Both the position numbers and the translations under genes were made by a program. A stretch of DNA of 63,779 nt, the filler included, from Octopus bimaculoides (taxonomy: Eukaryota): NCBI RefSeq assembly GCF_001194135.2. It is 5 parts of 5 records of this genome, joined end to end, with 100 filler letters (N's around TTAATTAATTAA, not from the genome) between each part and the next. Parts side by side here need not be neighbours in the genome. Positions count along the whole stretch, not along the records: positions 46,310 to 53,515 come from NC_068985.1; positions 53,616 to 59,997 come from NC_069006.1; positions 60,098 to 63,779 come from NC_069010.1; 2 more parts are not named here. One strand, written 5' to 3'. Shown here in pieces: positions 51,916 to 63,779 of the stretch; within the stretch, counting starts at the first letter, position 1; the number at the start of each line of letters is the position of its first letter. A model generated the notes under the pieces. It made no database searches. It was not told the origin of the DNA and worked only from the letters and a program-made list of their open reading frames with translations.

Positions 51916-52364
51916 GATATACTCTTTTTTTTTACTCTTTTTTTTACTCTTTTTTTTATTCTTCTACTTGTTTCAGTCATTTGACTGTGGCCATGCTGGA
52001 GCACCGCGTTTAGTCGAGAAAATCGACCCCAGGGCGTATTCTTTGTAAGCCTAGTACTTATTCTATCGGTCTCTTTTGCCAAACCGCTAAGTTACNNNNN
52101 NNNNNNNNNNNNNNNNNNNNNNNNNNNNNNNNNNNNNNNNNNNNNNNNNNNNNNNNNNNNNNNNNNNNNNNNNNNNNNNNNNNNNNNNNNNNNNNNNNNN
52201 NNNNNNNNNNNNNNNNNNNNGGCATAAACACACCAGCATCGGTTGTCAAGCGATGTTGGGGGGCACAAACACAGACACACAAACATACATACACACACAC
52301 ACATATATATATATAATTTATGCTGCAAGAATGCAGGATTCGTGTTATATTCCTGCAATAGGTA

Positions 52365-52575
52365 AGGCAGCGAGCTGGCAGAATCGTTAGCACGCCGGGC
52401 GAAATGCTTGGCAGTATTTCGTCTGCTGCTATGTTCTGAGTTCAAATTCCGCCGAGGTTGACTTTGCCTTTCATTCTTTCGGGGTCGATAAATTAAGTAC
52501 CAGTCACGCACTGGGGTCGATGTCATCAACTAATCCCCTCCCTAAAAATTTCAGGCCTTGTGCTTTTAGTTGAAA
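52365..52575 (+). mobile_element. SINE family A
   Basis: Full-length copy. Confidence 0.9.
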
Positions 52576-53138
52576 GGATATTCCTACAATAGGTTGCCTG
52601 CGATTAAAATGCAGGCGTGAATAAATGAATGCCTAGCAGAGAGAATGACGAGCAATAAATCATAGCCATGCATTGAAGAATTCATTTCTGCACAATTGAA
52701 ACAACTTCAGGCTTTGTAACTTCCTCGTGTCACTATCTGCCAGACTTTCAAGATATATATATTTTTTGATGTCCATGTGTAATACATAAATGTAGAAGAA
52801 CACGCGTATATGCATGCGACTACAAAGATGTGTGTATGAAAGCATGTGTACTAAGATGTGTGCGTGTGTGTGTGTGTGTGTGTGTATACACGCATAAACG
52901 CATACATACGTGTGGTTGATGTTTGTATGTTTATATAGGTATCGTGTGCGTACAGATCTGTGTGTCTCTATGAAGGAACGACTTTATATTTATGTCTTTA
53001 AATTCAATGTCACATTTGGAGGTGAAAAAAACTATTGATGGAAAACATGTCTTCCAAACTGACGCTCTTGATGTCCACGCTGGAAATAAGTAAACAGAAT
53101 TGTTTGTCACAGAATCAGTAAATAGATAAATGAATAAG

Positions 53139-53198
<60 letters not shown>

Positions 53199-55169
53199 TA
53201 GATAGATAGAGAGAGAGATAGATTGAAAGATAGATATCTTTTTATTATAGCCACACAGGGCTAAATACAGAAAATGGACAAATTACAAAGTAGAGCTTTT
53301 CTGTGGGGGGGGGGGATAATTTCGATCAAAAGGGATCGCGGAAAAAAAAGGTGGGGATTTCGATCAAAAGGGATCGCGGGAAGAAAGAAAAAAACGTGAG
53401 GTGGGGCGATCAATAGGGATCGTGTATCACAGTCAATGTAAAAAACGGGGAACAGATTAGGTTTATCCGTGGAGAGAAAAGCCTACGGAAAAGACCACGG
53501 TCACCTCAGGCTTTTNNNNNNNNNNNNNNNNNNNNNNNNNNNNNNNNNNNNNNNNNNNNTTAATTAATTAANNNNNNNNNNNNNNNNNNNNNNNNNNNNN
53601 NNNNNNNNNNNNNNNAATGGCAGTAGGAGTAGTGGTGGTGGTGGTGGTGGTGTTAAATAAGGGTTAGGTTTAGGGTTGGGAGAGAGGCTGTGGTGGTGGC
53701 AGTTGCACTGGTGATGGTGATGTCAATGGTAGTATTGGTGGTGGTGGTGGTGGTGGTGAAGTTGGTGGTAGGTGTGGTCTGGGGGATGTAGGGTGAAGTT
53801 TGGGAATGGATGGAGTGTCAGGTGTGACAACGTAGGCGGAGGCAGTACCATTGCGAGCGACTATTGTGTTAATCATTAATTACTTGGTTGTCATGGAAAC
53901 ACATCGGCTAATATCGGGTTTCTCGTGTGGAGAATACGATATCAGCTCTTTATGTTTGTCGCTCAGCTGCCACCGCCGCCGTAACGATAACAACAACAGT
54001 AACGATAACAACAACAACAACAACGCAGCAACCAGAGTGATAATGGAACTTGTTCACACACACATACACACATACGTATACATATATAATATGTATGTGT
54101 ATATAGATGTATAATATATATATGTATGTGTTATATATATATATATATATATAATATGTATGTGTAATATATATATGTGTGTGCGTGCGTGTGTGTGTGT
54201 GTGTGTGTGTGTGTATATCATCTTAGAGAATTTGAGGTTAAAATACGGCTGTGTCTTAAAACAAATTGTAGTTGTTAAATTTTGAAAAAAAATTCTTCAA
54301 ATACCATACCGGTTTCAACAACCTTTTCTTTTTCAATGGTAAATAAAGACAAAATAAAAATAATTAGAAGAAAGTGAATGTACAGGAATAAACGTACTCA
54401 GAAACATCAAATGTTCATGCAAATTCAAATACTGAATAAATTTCACAGTAATTAGAATTGATTAATAGATGATTGAAAGTTCAATAGTTTGCAAAGTATC
54501 AGCCCAAGGTTCGCTTCTCATCAGACCAAAGAAGGGCAAACTGTCAAAGTATCGGCCGCTCTCTGACAAGTTTATGGTGAGACACTGGCAGTTGACTCCT
54601 GTGTTCTTGGCCTCCGGACCATATCCCTACTTACCACTATCCGCAAGTGCGAGCTTTGTAAGTCAGAGTGACTGTTCCAGTGCATCGCCCACGTTATCCT
54701 CCAGGGCAACGCCTTTTTTTCTATTTTGTCAGACCATGAGGCGGTCTGACAAGCCTTAACAACAATTATACCATAGTTCGCCAAAAGTTGATACAGAAAG
54801 CGTCTAATCGAAAGCAGCCAATGAAGTATGAGAAGCAAAAATAGTCTGTGACTGGTTAAAATCAAAGCTGTCTCGTGAAAAACTTTTAGTAACTTAATCA
54901 AATGATAACTTAATCAAATGACATCATCACAACTGAGGCGCAGTCAGGTAACTGTTTAAAAGCATCATTTGGATATTTCCATTTTTTCCCCGAGGGTCCG
55001 GTTGTGAACAAAAATAAAATCCAGTTGTTCAATCCTCGGGTGATGCCAGCCAACAGTGCTGAAAAAAAAAATGTAAGTTGAAGTTAAGGTTTCGAATCTC
55101 GTAGGATTTCTCACACTGTAGTGGATGGCTGGAATATATACTAATGTACTGATTTTTCATTTTACGTTT

Positions 55170-55830
55170 ACTGCGGGGCCTGTAATATCCAAGTATTTAA
55201 ATGCAGAGTTATAACGAAGAAAATAAATATACTTAAATTCGTATTTACTTTGATCTTTCGATTTAAATCTGTTGATACGTTGATAAACTCCTTCCCATCA
55301 CCGTCCATTAGGAGGCTTTCTTCCTCAGTGGAACAGTTTACAATCACGATGAGGATCAAATACTGCACAGCAAAACATCTTCCGAAGTAGTCTTACCAAT
55401 TTACAAACCTCACTCCATCTTACATCAATGGCTACATCAAACAAGCCTTGGCCATTACGTTTAACAACAACAAAGACGATGATGATGATGATGATAGTAA
55501 TGATAATAATAAATTATCGTAAAATAACAAAGATTTGCTTGTGTGAATAATAATAATAATAATAATAATGATGATAATAATAATAATAATAATAATAGTG
55601 CTGAGCTATTAAATGGAATAAAATCTCTACCGAATTCTAAAAAGTTTTCAAGAAGGGGTTTAGTTACTGTTGTATAGAATTCAGCTATATCGAATAGCAG
55701 GAATTTACAAATTTGCTCATTATAAATATCGATTGTCCCGTTCAAAGATACAAATGTCTTTGAAATTGATACTGATAAATTGTATTTCCATAGCAGAAGA
55801 AAAGTGTTCTGGTAATGTAAAAATGGTAGA
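55170..55830 (-). mobile_element. Penelope-like RT fragment interrupted by an (AAT)n microsatellite
   Basis: KFLLFDIAEFYTTVTKPLL..FLEFG; GLFDVAI..SEVCKLV; KIKVNTNLSIFIFFVITLHLNT, matching PLE RT motifs. Confidence 0.65.
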
Positions 55831-56689
55831 ATCTAAAATATTTTAANNNNNNNNNNNNNNNNNNNNNNNNNNNNNNNNNNNNNNNNNNNNNNNNNNNNNN
55901 NNNNNNNNNNNNNNNNNNNNNNNNNNNNNNNNNNNNNNNNNNNNNNNNNNNNNNNNNNNNNNNNNNNNNNNNNNNNNNNNNNNNNNNNNNNNNNNNNNNN
56001 NNNNNNNNNNNNNNNNNNNNNNNNNNNNNNNNNNNNNNNNNNNNNNNNNNNNNNNNNNNNNNNNNNNNNNNNNNNNNNNNATTTTTGTTATGTCTCAAGC
56101 TACTGCTATCTAGCACCTTCGGATGATCTCTACTCAACCGCTACACAACTGCTACTCGACTGCTACTCAACACACCTACCACGGCCTGACTACCTCTATT
56201 TATATGTCTTTTTTTTCTCTCTTGAATGCATCCGTATTCCCTTTATGTAAAAAAAATATGATTTGTAACCCATTTCTTTGATCAGATATTTTTATTTTTT
56301 CCCGTTTCTTTGCATATGTAATCGTCTAAACCATACCCCCACGCAATTACTGGGCTTGTGCCAAAAGATGAAACCAATATTTTTTCAAGTCAAAACAATG
56401 TAATATCGAAATTCCAGTTAATAATACAAACTATCGACTTGTATAATTGAATTTTAATAACCTTCATTGCTTTGGTTTTTAAAAATATTAAAAATATTTA
56501 TATATATATATATATATATCAAACAATGCTTCATGAAAACTACAGTACTCTTATGCTGCTCTAATACATACATACATACATACATACATACATACACTTG
56601 CGTGCGCGCATGCAGACACAGACACACAGCACATATATATTTGCAAGTGTAGATGTGTGGTAAGAAGTCCTCGCTGGAGTCCCAATCTT

Positions 56690-56845
56690 CCCGAGTTCTT
56701 TTACATGGCTTACAAAAACTGAAGGAGCGCTACAATAAGTGTGTGAATCTGAGTGAGGAATATGTTGCATAAAATCATAATTAACTGATCTTCCTGTCTT
56801 CTCTTTTACCCAAAGCCATTAACTTTTCGGCACCTTCTCATATAT
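56690..56845 (+). mobile_element. Mariner 3' end
   Basis: QKLKERYNKCVNLSEEYVA* followed by a terminus-like AACTTTTCGGCACCTTCTCATA. Confidence 0.65.
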
Positions 56846-57389
56846 GCCTGTATATAACCCACCACAGCAAAGTCTCTCAAACCATTTTCAGTGATACAGT
56901 TATATCAGAATTAGATTTAATTCAAGAGCGAAATGTGTAATATAATGGCTAAATCTGTGTAATTCCTTAGCTTTACTGCAAAACTCAACACGATATTACA
57001 GTCATTCAGTATTGCTTTGTCAATTATTAAAACACCATTACGTGTTTGCCATAGAAAATAATATCGAGCTTGGTTGCGTGCAAGCTGCTAATACGTCTGT
57101 ATATGTAACAAAAACGTTCTTGGGAATGCTTGTTCGGCCATTTCCTAAGACACTCCATAAGCAATCCAAAATGGTTGGAATGTGGTAGCTTGGTGTGTAT
57201 ACATATATATATATATAGCTATTAATTCTGTGGAATTACTACTACAGCATAATGTGGTTAATTCTTTACATGAAATGCAGTGAGAAAAGCAACATATTCA
57301 CTGCCTATAATGTTGTATATAAGGCTTGTTTCAATTGACATCAGCTCCACCAGAAATTCTTGACGGTGTGTCAATGTTGGTTCACAATC

Positions 57390-57980
57390 AAGGCGGCGAG
57401 CTGGCCGATTTGTTAGCACGCCGAGCAAAATATTTAGCAGCATTTCGTCCGTCATTACGTTCTGAGTTCAAATTCCGCCGAGGTCGACTTTGCCTTTCAT
57501 CCTTTCGGGGTCGATAAATTGAGTTCCAGTTGCGTACTGGAGTCGATTTAATCGACTGGCACCCTCCACCCAAATTTCGGGCCTTGTGCCTAGAGTAGAA
57601 AAGAGTGTTAGGTCACCATCGAGGTGACGGGCTGGCCGAATTGTTAGCACGCCGGGCAAAATACTTAACTGCATTTCGTCCGTCATTACGTTCTGGGTTC
57701 AAATTCTGCCGAGGTCGACTTGGTCTTTTAGGATCGAGAAATTAAGTACCAATCGAAAACTGGGGTCGATTTAATCGACTTGACCCCCTCCCATAAACCT
57801 GTTGACTTTGTGCCAAAACTTGGAACGAATATTAGTTCACAATCAAAACGCGAGCTGGCAGAATCGTTAGCAATCCGGGCAAAATGCTTAGCGGCATTTC
57901 ATTCGTTCTTACGTTCTGAGTTCAAATTCCGTCATGGTCGACTTTGCCTTTCATCCTTTCGGGATTGATAAAATAAGTAC
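57390..57980 (+). mobile_element. SINE family A, three tandem copies
   Basis: Heads near 57390, 57630 and 57850. Confidence 0.88.
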
Positions 57981-59220
57981 AGACGGTAATGTTGTATATA
58001 TATATGCACGCACACACACATACNNNNNNNNNNGCTGTATACTTTTGTCCCTAAAATGATTCGAACTGGCAGTTATCTTTGTTCGTTCTGCTATTACAAT
58101 ACATGATAAAAAATTATGCTAGCACAAGCAGGACATACACATACACACACACACATTATATATATATATATATATATATATTGGTGTGTGTGAGTGTGCA
58201 CGCGCATATATGCATGCATACATAGACATATGCATACATACAAGGAAACTGGGTAGAAATAAATTGAGATGGGAAAGTGTTATTAGAACATAGGAAATAA
58301 AACAGAAGAGAGAGGAAAGAAAAAGTTCCCAATAGCAGATAGGAAGTAATTAGTTGATGCCGTACATATAAAAGTTCAGAATCAAGGAACCGACAAAATG
58401 AATAAATAAATGAGTAAATCAAACAATCAAGCTAACGAAAAATTGTAAAAGCAGAAAATGGCGAAATTAGAACGTCTAAAAATATTTGAGTAAAAATAGA
58501 AGTAATTTTTTCTGACATAAAATGTTGGCAAAAAAATTAATAATAAAACGTACTAAAATAATCCGCAAAGATTTAAGAATGGGCTAACAGAATCCGCTGA
58601 GTAATGCGGGTATTGTGTAATGGGGTGATAGAATATAATTAGAAATGAGAAAACTATTTATTGGGTTAGTAGAATTTTGGTTAGAAATGAGGTTATTATT
58701 TAATGGCGCAACGCAGGATTGGCTATGTGGTAAGAAGCTTGCTTCCCAACCAGATGGTTCCGGTTTAATCCAACTGCGTGGCACTTTGGGAAAGTGTCTT
58801 CTACTATAGCCGCGGGCTGACCAGAATGTTAGTTAGTGGATTTGGTAGACGGAAACTGAAAGAAAATCCGAATTTGTTTGTCAAAATAATATAGGACCAT
58901 TCCTTATTCTCCCACTAATCGTATTAATAGTTTGTAATATCTATTTTTAGCAATAAACTATTACCATAAAGGCTAATAAAATATTTAATGGCTTAATTAC
59001 ACCATAATGATTCTAAAATTTTAGAACTGGGAATAGGAATGGGAGCGGAACTGAACAGGGAACGGGATAGGAGACGAAACAGCGTATGGGGATGGGAACT
59101 GGAAATAACCCCTGCATTTCCGTGTATTACTGGGTAATTCAGCTAGTATATATATACACATATATATCCTTGGTCTTGTTATAATGAATAGTGAAAAAAA
59201 GCGTCGCCATATACACACTA

Positions 59221-59282
<62 letters not shown>

Positions 59283-60468
59283 TTAGTCTTGTTATATTGA
59301 ATAATGAAAAAGAGCGTCGCCAGAGACGGTACTTTTACTGCTAGTAAAAATAATGGTTTCTCATTTCGGCTGAAGGTTGGAAACTTAAAGAAATTTCCCA
59401 AATATCTGATTTCTGGCCTTGAGCTTTTCACAATTACATGACCCCCAACACATGAATAGTGTCATAGTTAATGGACATCCAGAAGGATGAAAGGTAGAGT
59501 TTTGAGGTCGGTGGTATTTGAACTCAGAACGTATAAAGTATGCAACTAAATATGTTTACCACACACAAGCACACGCATATATATACATGTATAAGAGGAC
59601 AGATGCATGCACACACATCATCATGCACACATACACACACTTGTACGCGTGCATTTGAACACGTACATACATATGTCTGTGCGTATTTAGAATTCTGTAA
59701 TGTCTGTATGCCAACGTGACCCCAGAAACTACGCGTGCGTGCACCAGCGTGTCATTGCGTAATTACGTGTGTGTGTGTGTGTGATTGTGCGTGTATGTGT
59801 TTGTTGTGAACTTAGCAATGTGTCTCTGTAAGAACTTTTGAATGCACGTAAATGTATGTATGTATATAAATGTATGTATATATGTATGTATGTATGTATA
59901 TATGTATATATGTATGTATGTATGTATATATATATATATATGTATGTATGTATATATATATATATATGTATGTATGTATATATATATATATATATATNNN
60001 NNNNNNNNNNNNNNNNNNNNNNNNNNNNNNNNNNNNNNNNNTTAATTAATTAANNNNNNNNNNNNNNNNNNNNNNNNNNNNNNNNNNNNNNNNNNNNTAA
60101 TAATAATAATAATAATAATAAGGGCGCTCTTTCGTTTCGATTACAATTTTACGTCATTTCTAATCCACGTGCGTTTGTTTATGTTTCTGAACAAGATCGT
60201 CGCTTTCCGTAAAAGGGTTTTATGGTTAGGGTGAGGGAATTCCGTCCCTAACCCCCCAACCGTAACCCTCTGTGATATTTACTTGACTGTTTCAGTGATT
60301 TAGTTTCGAATCTGCCACTACACTGATGTGTGGCCAACCCCCACCACCTCTGGATTACCAAGATAATTGAATACTAAAGGAAGGGTTAATGCTATGGGTT
60401 TCATCGCTTCTTCATTGTTACAATGGTTATTCTTATAAGTTTTCTACCACTTTCACTTTCACTTTCAG

Positions 60469-60577
60469 TCGACTTATTGCTACAATTTGCAACAATATTG
60501 CGAAGAAATGAGACGGACAGTCCATGTGGTCAATCTAGATCCAGCAGCTGAACATTTTCAATATTCTATGTTGGCAG
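60469..60577 (+). CDS. GPN3: GPN-loop GTPase 3; probable exon 2 (109 nt, [36 protein letters not shown])
   Basis: tttcactttcactttcag acceptor and gtaaga donor. STYC follows the P-loop GK, and VNLDPA is the GPN family motif. Confidence 0.95.
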
Positions 60578-60603
60578 GTAAGATCTAGGTACCTAGCTTT
60601 TAT

Positions 60604-60676
60604 GGATCTTTTTTAAAACGGGGGCCACATTTTTCATTAACGAAACACTTGGAAACTTGGAACACTGGTAGAATGT
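60604..60676. mobile_element. Terminal part of a second copy of the same palindromic MITE (rest lies in an N gap)
   Basis: Same terminal repeat and adjacent sequence as the reverse complement of 6265-6337. Confidence 0.8.
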
Positions 60677-61326
60677 NNNNNNNNNNNNNNNNNNNNNNNN
60701 NNNNNNNNNNNNNNNNNNNNNNNNNNNNNNNNNNNNNNNNNNNNNNNNNNNNNNNNNNNNNNNNNNNNNNNNNNNNNNNNNNNNNNNNNNNNNNNNNNNN
60801 NNNNNNNNNNNNNNNNNNNNNNNNNNNNNNNNNNNNNNNNNNNNNNNNNNNNNNNNNNNNNNNNNNNNNNNNNNNNNNNNNNNNNNNNNNNNNNNNNNNN
60901 NNNNNNNNNNNNNNNNNNNNNNNNNNNNNNNNNNNNNNNNNNNNNNNNNNNNNNNNNNNNNNNNNNNNNNNNNNNNNNNNNNNNNNNNNNNNNNNNNNNN
61001 NNNNNNNNNNNNNNNNNNNNNNNNNNNNNNNNNNNNNNNNNNNNNNNNNNNNNNNNNNNNNNNNNNNNNNNNNNNNNNNNNNNNNNNNNNNNNNNNNNNN
61101 NNNNNNNNNNNNNNNNNNNNNNNNNNNNNNNNNNNNNNNNNNNNNNNNNNNNNNNNNNNNNNNNNNNNNNNNNNNNNNNNNNNNNNNNNNNNNNNNNNNN
61201 NNNNNNNNNNNNNNNNNNNNNNNNNNNNNNNNNNNNNNNNNNNNNNNNNNNNNNNNNNNNNNNNNNNNNNNNNNNNNNNNNNNNNNNNNNNNNNNNNNNN
61301 NNNNNNNNNNNNNNNNNNNNNNNNAT

Positions 61327-61630
61327 TTGAACTCAGAACGTAATGGCAGACAAAATACCGCTAAGCATTTTGCCTGGCGTTGCTAACGTTTCTTATTTCT
61401 TTATTGCCCACAAGGGGCTAAACATAGAGGGGACAAACAAGGACAGACAAACAGATAAAGGGATTAAGTCGATTACATCGAACCCCAGTGCGTAACTGGT
61501 ACTTAATTTATCAACCCCGAAAGGATGAAAGGCAAAGTCGACCTCGGCGGAATTTGAACTCAGAACGTAACGGCAGACGAAATACTGCTAAGCATTTCGC
61601 CCGGCGTGCTAACGTTTCTGCCAGCTCACC
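61327..61630 (-). mobile_element. SINE family A in the GPN3 intron (one full and one partial copy)
   Basis: Matches 49735-49920 closely. Confidence 0.88.
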
Positions 61631-62232
61631 ACCTTGTACCACTAAGTTTCAGGGGTGTAAACACACCACCACCGATTGTCAAGTGATGGTGAAGGAACAG
61701 TCAGTCACATGCTCATTGAGATATATGGTGCATTGCTGTAATCGAAAAGGCCTGCCCACAGCAAGAGAGGAGAGGTGGGTGGGAGGAAGGAGGTGTGAGA
61801 GGAGGAGAGTGTGGATGAAGAGAGGAGAGTTGAGCCCATGTGGCGCAAAGGAGTGAAGAGAGAAGTTTAATCCCTGCTCACGGCGAAGACGGGAGTCCGG
61901 CTGGCCCCTGTGCAAGGACAATCCGAACACAGACAGGTGTTGTAATATACATACATACACAACAGGGTTTTTTTCATTTTCCATCTACCAAATCCCCTCA
62001 GAAGGCTTTGGTTGGCCCCAAGGTGTCATGCAGTGGGATTGAATCCTGAACCTGTGCATTCACATACATACACACTGCAGCCACACTGCTCTCACCGCAG
62101 TATGCACACATGCACCCTTTCCCCTGAACACACACACACACACACACATTCCGCTATTTTTTTACTGTTACACTACTACGTTCAACACTCATCACATCAT
62201 TGTCTTTCATATTCTGTGTACCTTTCCCTCAG

Positions 62233-62320
62233 ATATTCGGGAGTTAATCAGTGTTGAAGATGTGATGGAGGATCCTGACCTGAAATTTGGTCCAAATGGT
62301 GGCTTGATATTCTGCATGGA
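62233..62320 (+). CDS. GPN3: GPN-loop GTPase 3; probable exon 3 (88 nt, [30 protein letters not shown])
   Basis: cctttccctcag acceptor and gtaagt donor, phase-compatible with the previous exon. Contains the signature GPNGGL loop. DIREL..V.DVMED and FCME fit GPN3 better than GPN1/2. Confidence 0.95.
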
Positions 62321-62724
62321 GTAAGTATGGCACCTCTTTTCCTCTCTCTCTCTCTCTCGTCTATTTGTGCATCCCTCTCTCCTTTGCTATGGAGTATGTC
62401 ATCTCTCTCTTTATCTATCTGTCTCTCTGTTTGCCTATCTCTGTCTGTCTATATATCTATGTATCTCCCTGTCTGTCTATATATCTATGTATCTCCCTGT
62501 CTGTCTTCTGTATGATTAAATGTACCATTTCTCTAAATGCATCTGTCTATACCTCTTTCACTGTCTCGGTCTCCTTGTCTTTCTGTTTCATATTCTCTTC
62601 TTCTCTCCCTCCCTCTCTCTCTCTCTCTCTCTCCCCTTCTCTTTATCCCTCCCAATCTCTCATCTTGGGTCTCAATGACAACAGTGTCTTTTACAATGTG
62701 ACAGCACTGAGCAGTGATGTGAAT

Positions 62725-62928
62725 ACTCTTTTACTTGTTTCAGTCATTTGACTGTGGCCCATGCTGGAGCACCGCCTTTATAGTCGAGCAAATCGACCCC
62801 AGGACTTATTCTTTGTAAGCCTAGTACTTATTCTATCGGTCTCTTTTTGCCGAACCGTTAAGTTATGGGGACGTAAACACACCAGCATCGGTTGTCAAGC
62901 GATGTTGGGGGGACAAACACAGACACAC

Positions 62929-62962
<34 letters not shown>

Positions 62963-63505
62963 NNNNNNNNNNNNNNNNNNNNNNNNNNNNNNNNNNNNNN
63001 NNNNNNNNNNNNNNNNNNNNNNNNNNNNNNNNNNNNNNNNNNNNNNNNNNNNNNNNNNNNNNNNNNNNNNNNNNNNNNNNNNNNNNNNNNNNNNNNNNNN
63101 NNNNNNNNNNNNNNNNNNNNNNNNNNNNNNNNNNNNNNNNNNNNNNNNNNNNNNNNNNNNNNNNNNNNNNNNNNNNNNNNNNNNNNNNNNNNNNNNNNNN
63201 NNNNNNNNNNNNNNTGGTCGGCCCGAGGCTATAGTAGAAGACACTTGCCCAAGGTGCCACACAGTGGGACTGAACCCGGAACCATGTGGTTGGTAAGCAA
63301 GCTACTTACCACACAGCCACTCCTGCGCCTATATATATATACGATAGGCTTCTTTTCAGTTTCCGTCTACCAAATCCACTCTCAAGGCTTTGGTCGGCCC
63401 GAGGCTATAGTAGAAGACACTTGACCAAGGTGCCACGCAGTGGGACTGAACCCGGAACCATGTGCTTTGTAAGCAAGCTACTTACCACACAGCCGCTCCT
63501 ACGCC
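62725..63505 (-). mobile_element. Composite SINE B/C plus an additional tandem head, in the GPN3 intron
   Basis: Tail 62725-62925, (TA)n and gap, heads at about 63215-63325 and 63345-63505. Confidence 0.85.
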
Positions 63506-63779
63506 TATAAATACAAAATTATTACCAGTTCAAATATGCTTGGTGCCGCAAGCTGATTTTTGGCATATTTATGCCATTTCTCTACAGTGAGAAATTTTCT
63601 CCATGAAAAAACCATAACGAATAACTTTGTTATGGATTCAAATATGCCACAAGAATATTTGAACCGGCGATAACCTTGTATCTAACGACAGTGACTGTGG
63701 TTACTAATTATCTTCTGCTGTTAGTGTTAATTAAATTACAATGGTTGTAAATGTTTTTTTTTTTTTTTTTTTTTTTTTT

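Noticed and set aside
53670-53876. Proline-rich ORF
   Set aside because: Reverse reading of a (GGT)n low-complexity tract.
54518-54545. Minus-strand CTGATGAG-AAGC-GAAC as a hammerhead
   Set aside because: GAAC instead of GAAA, and no convincing stem I or NUH.

Overview
AT-rich, repeat-dense, gap-ridden animal genomic DNA. The SINE, RTE and microsatellite landscape looks like a coleoid cephalopod, probably Octopus (inference). Almost all ORFs in the supplied track are microsatellite, N-gap or degenerate-transposon artefacts. Two real host genes are visible only as short spliced exons. On the minus strand are three consecutive exons (35350-35394, 28400-28470, 26585-26718) of mitochondrial trifunctional enzyme subunit alpha (HADHA). 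On the plus strand are two exons (60469-60577, 62233-62320) of GPN-loop GTPase 3 (GPN3). The first exon of each gene and their downstream exons were not found. Four artificial N44-TTAATTAATTAA-N44 linkers show the window is five joined blocks, so order and orientation across the joins are uncertain. The rest is SINEs of several families, RTE, R4/Dong, CR1-like and Penelope retroelements, mariner, pogo/Tigger and hAT transposon relics, palindromic MITE-like foldbacks and microsatellites. The best second-look items are: Penelope-type minimal hammerhead ribozyme motifs with covarying stems (one canonical core, two sharing a CUGUNGA variant core); a highly structured hammerhead-like GC island at 3.3-3.5 kb; a palindromic element with a divergent telomeric-repeat core; a textbook recursive-splice (AG/GTAAGT) site; and many intronic foldbacks that could be ADAR substrates. 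I see no firm evidence of a wholly new system. Repeat boundaries are approximate (read by eye).
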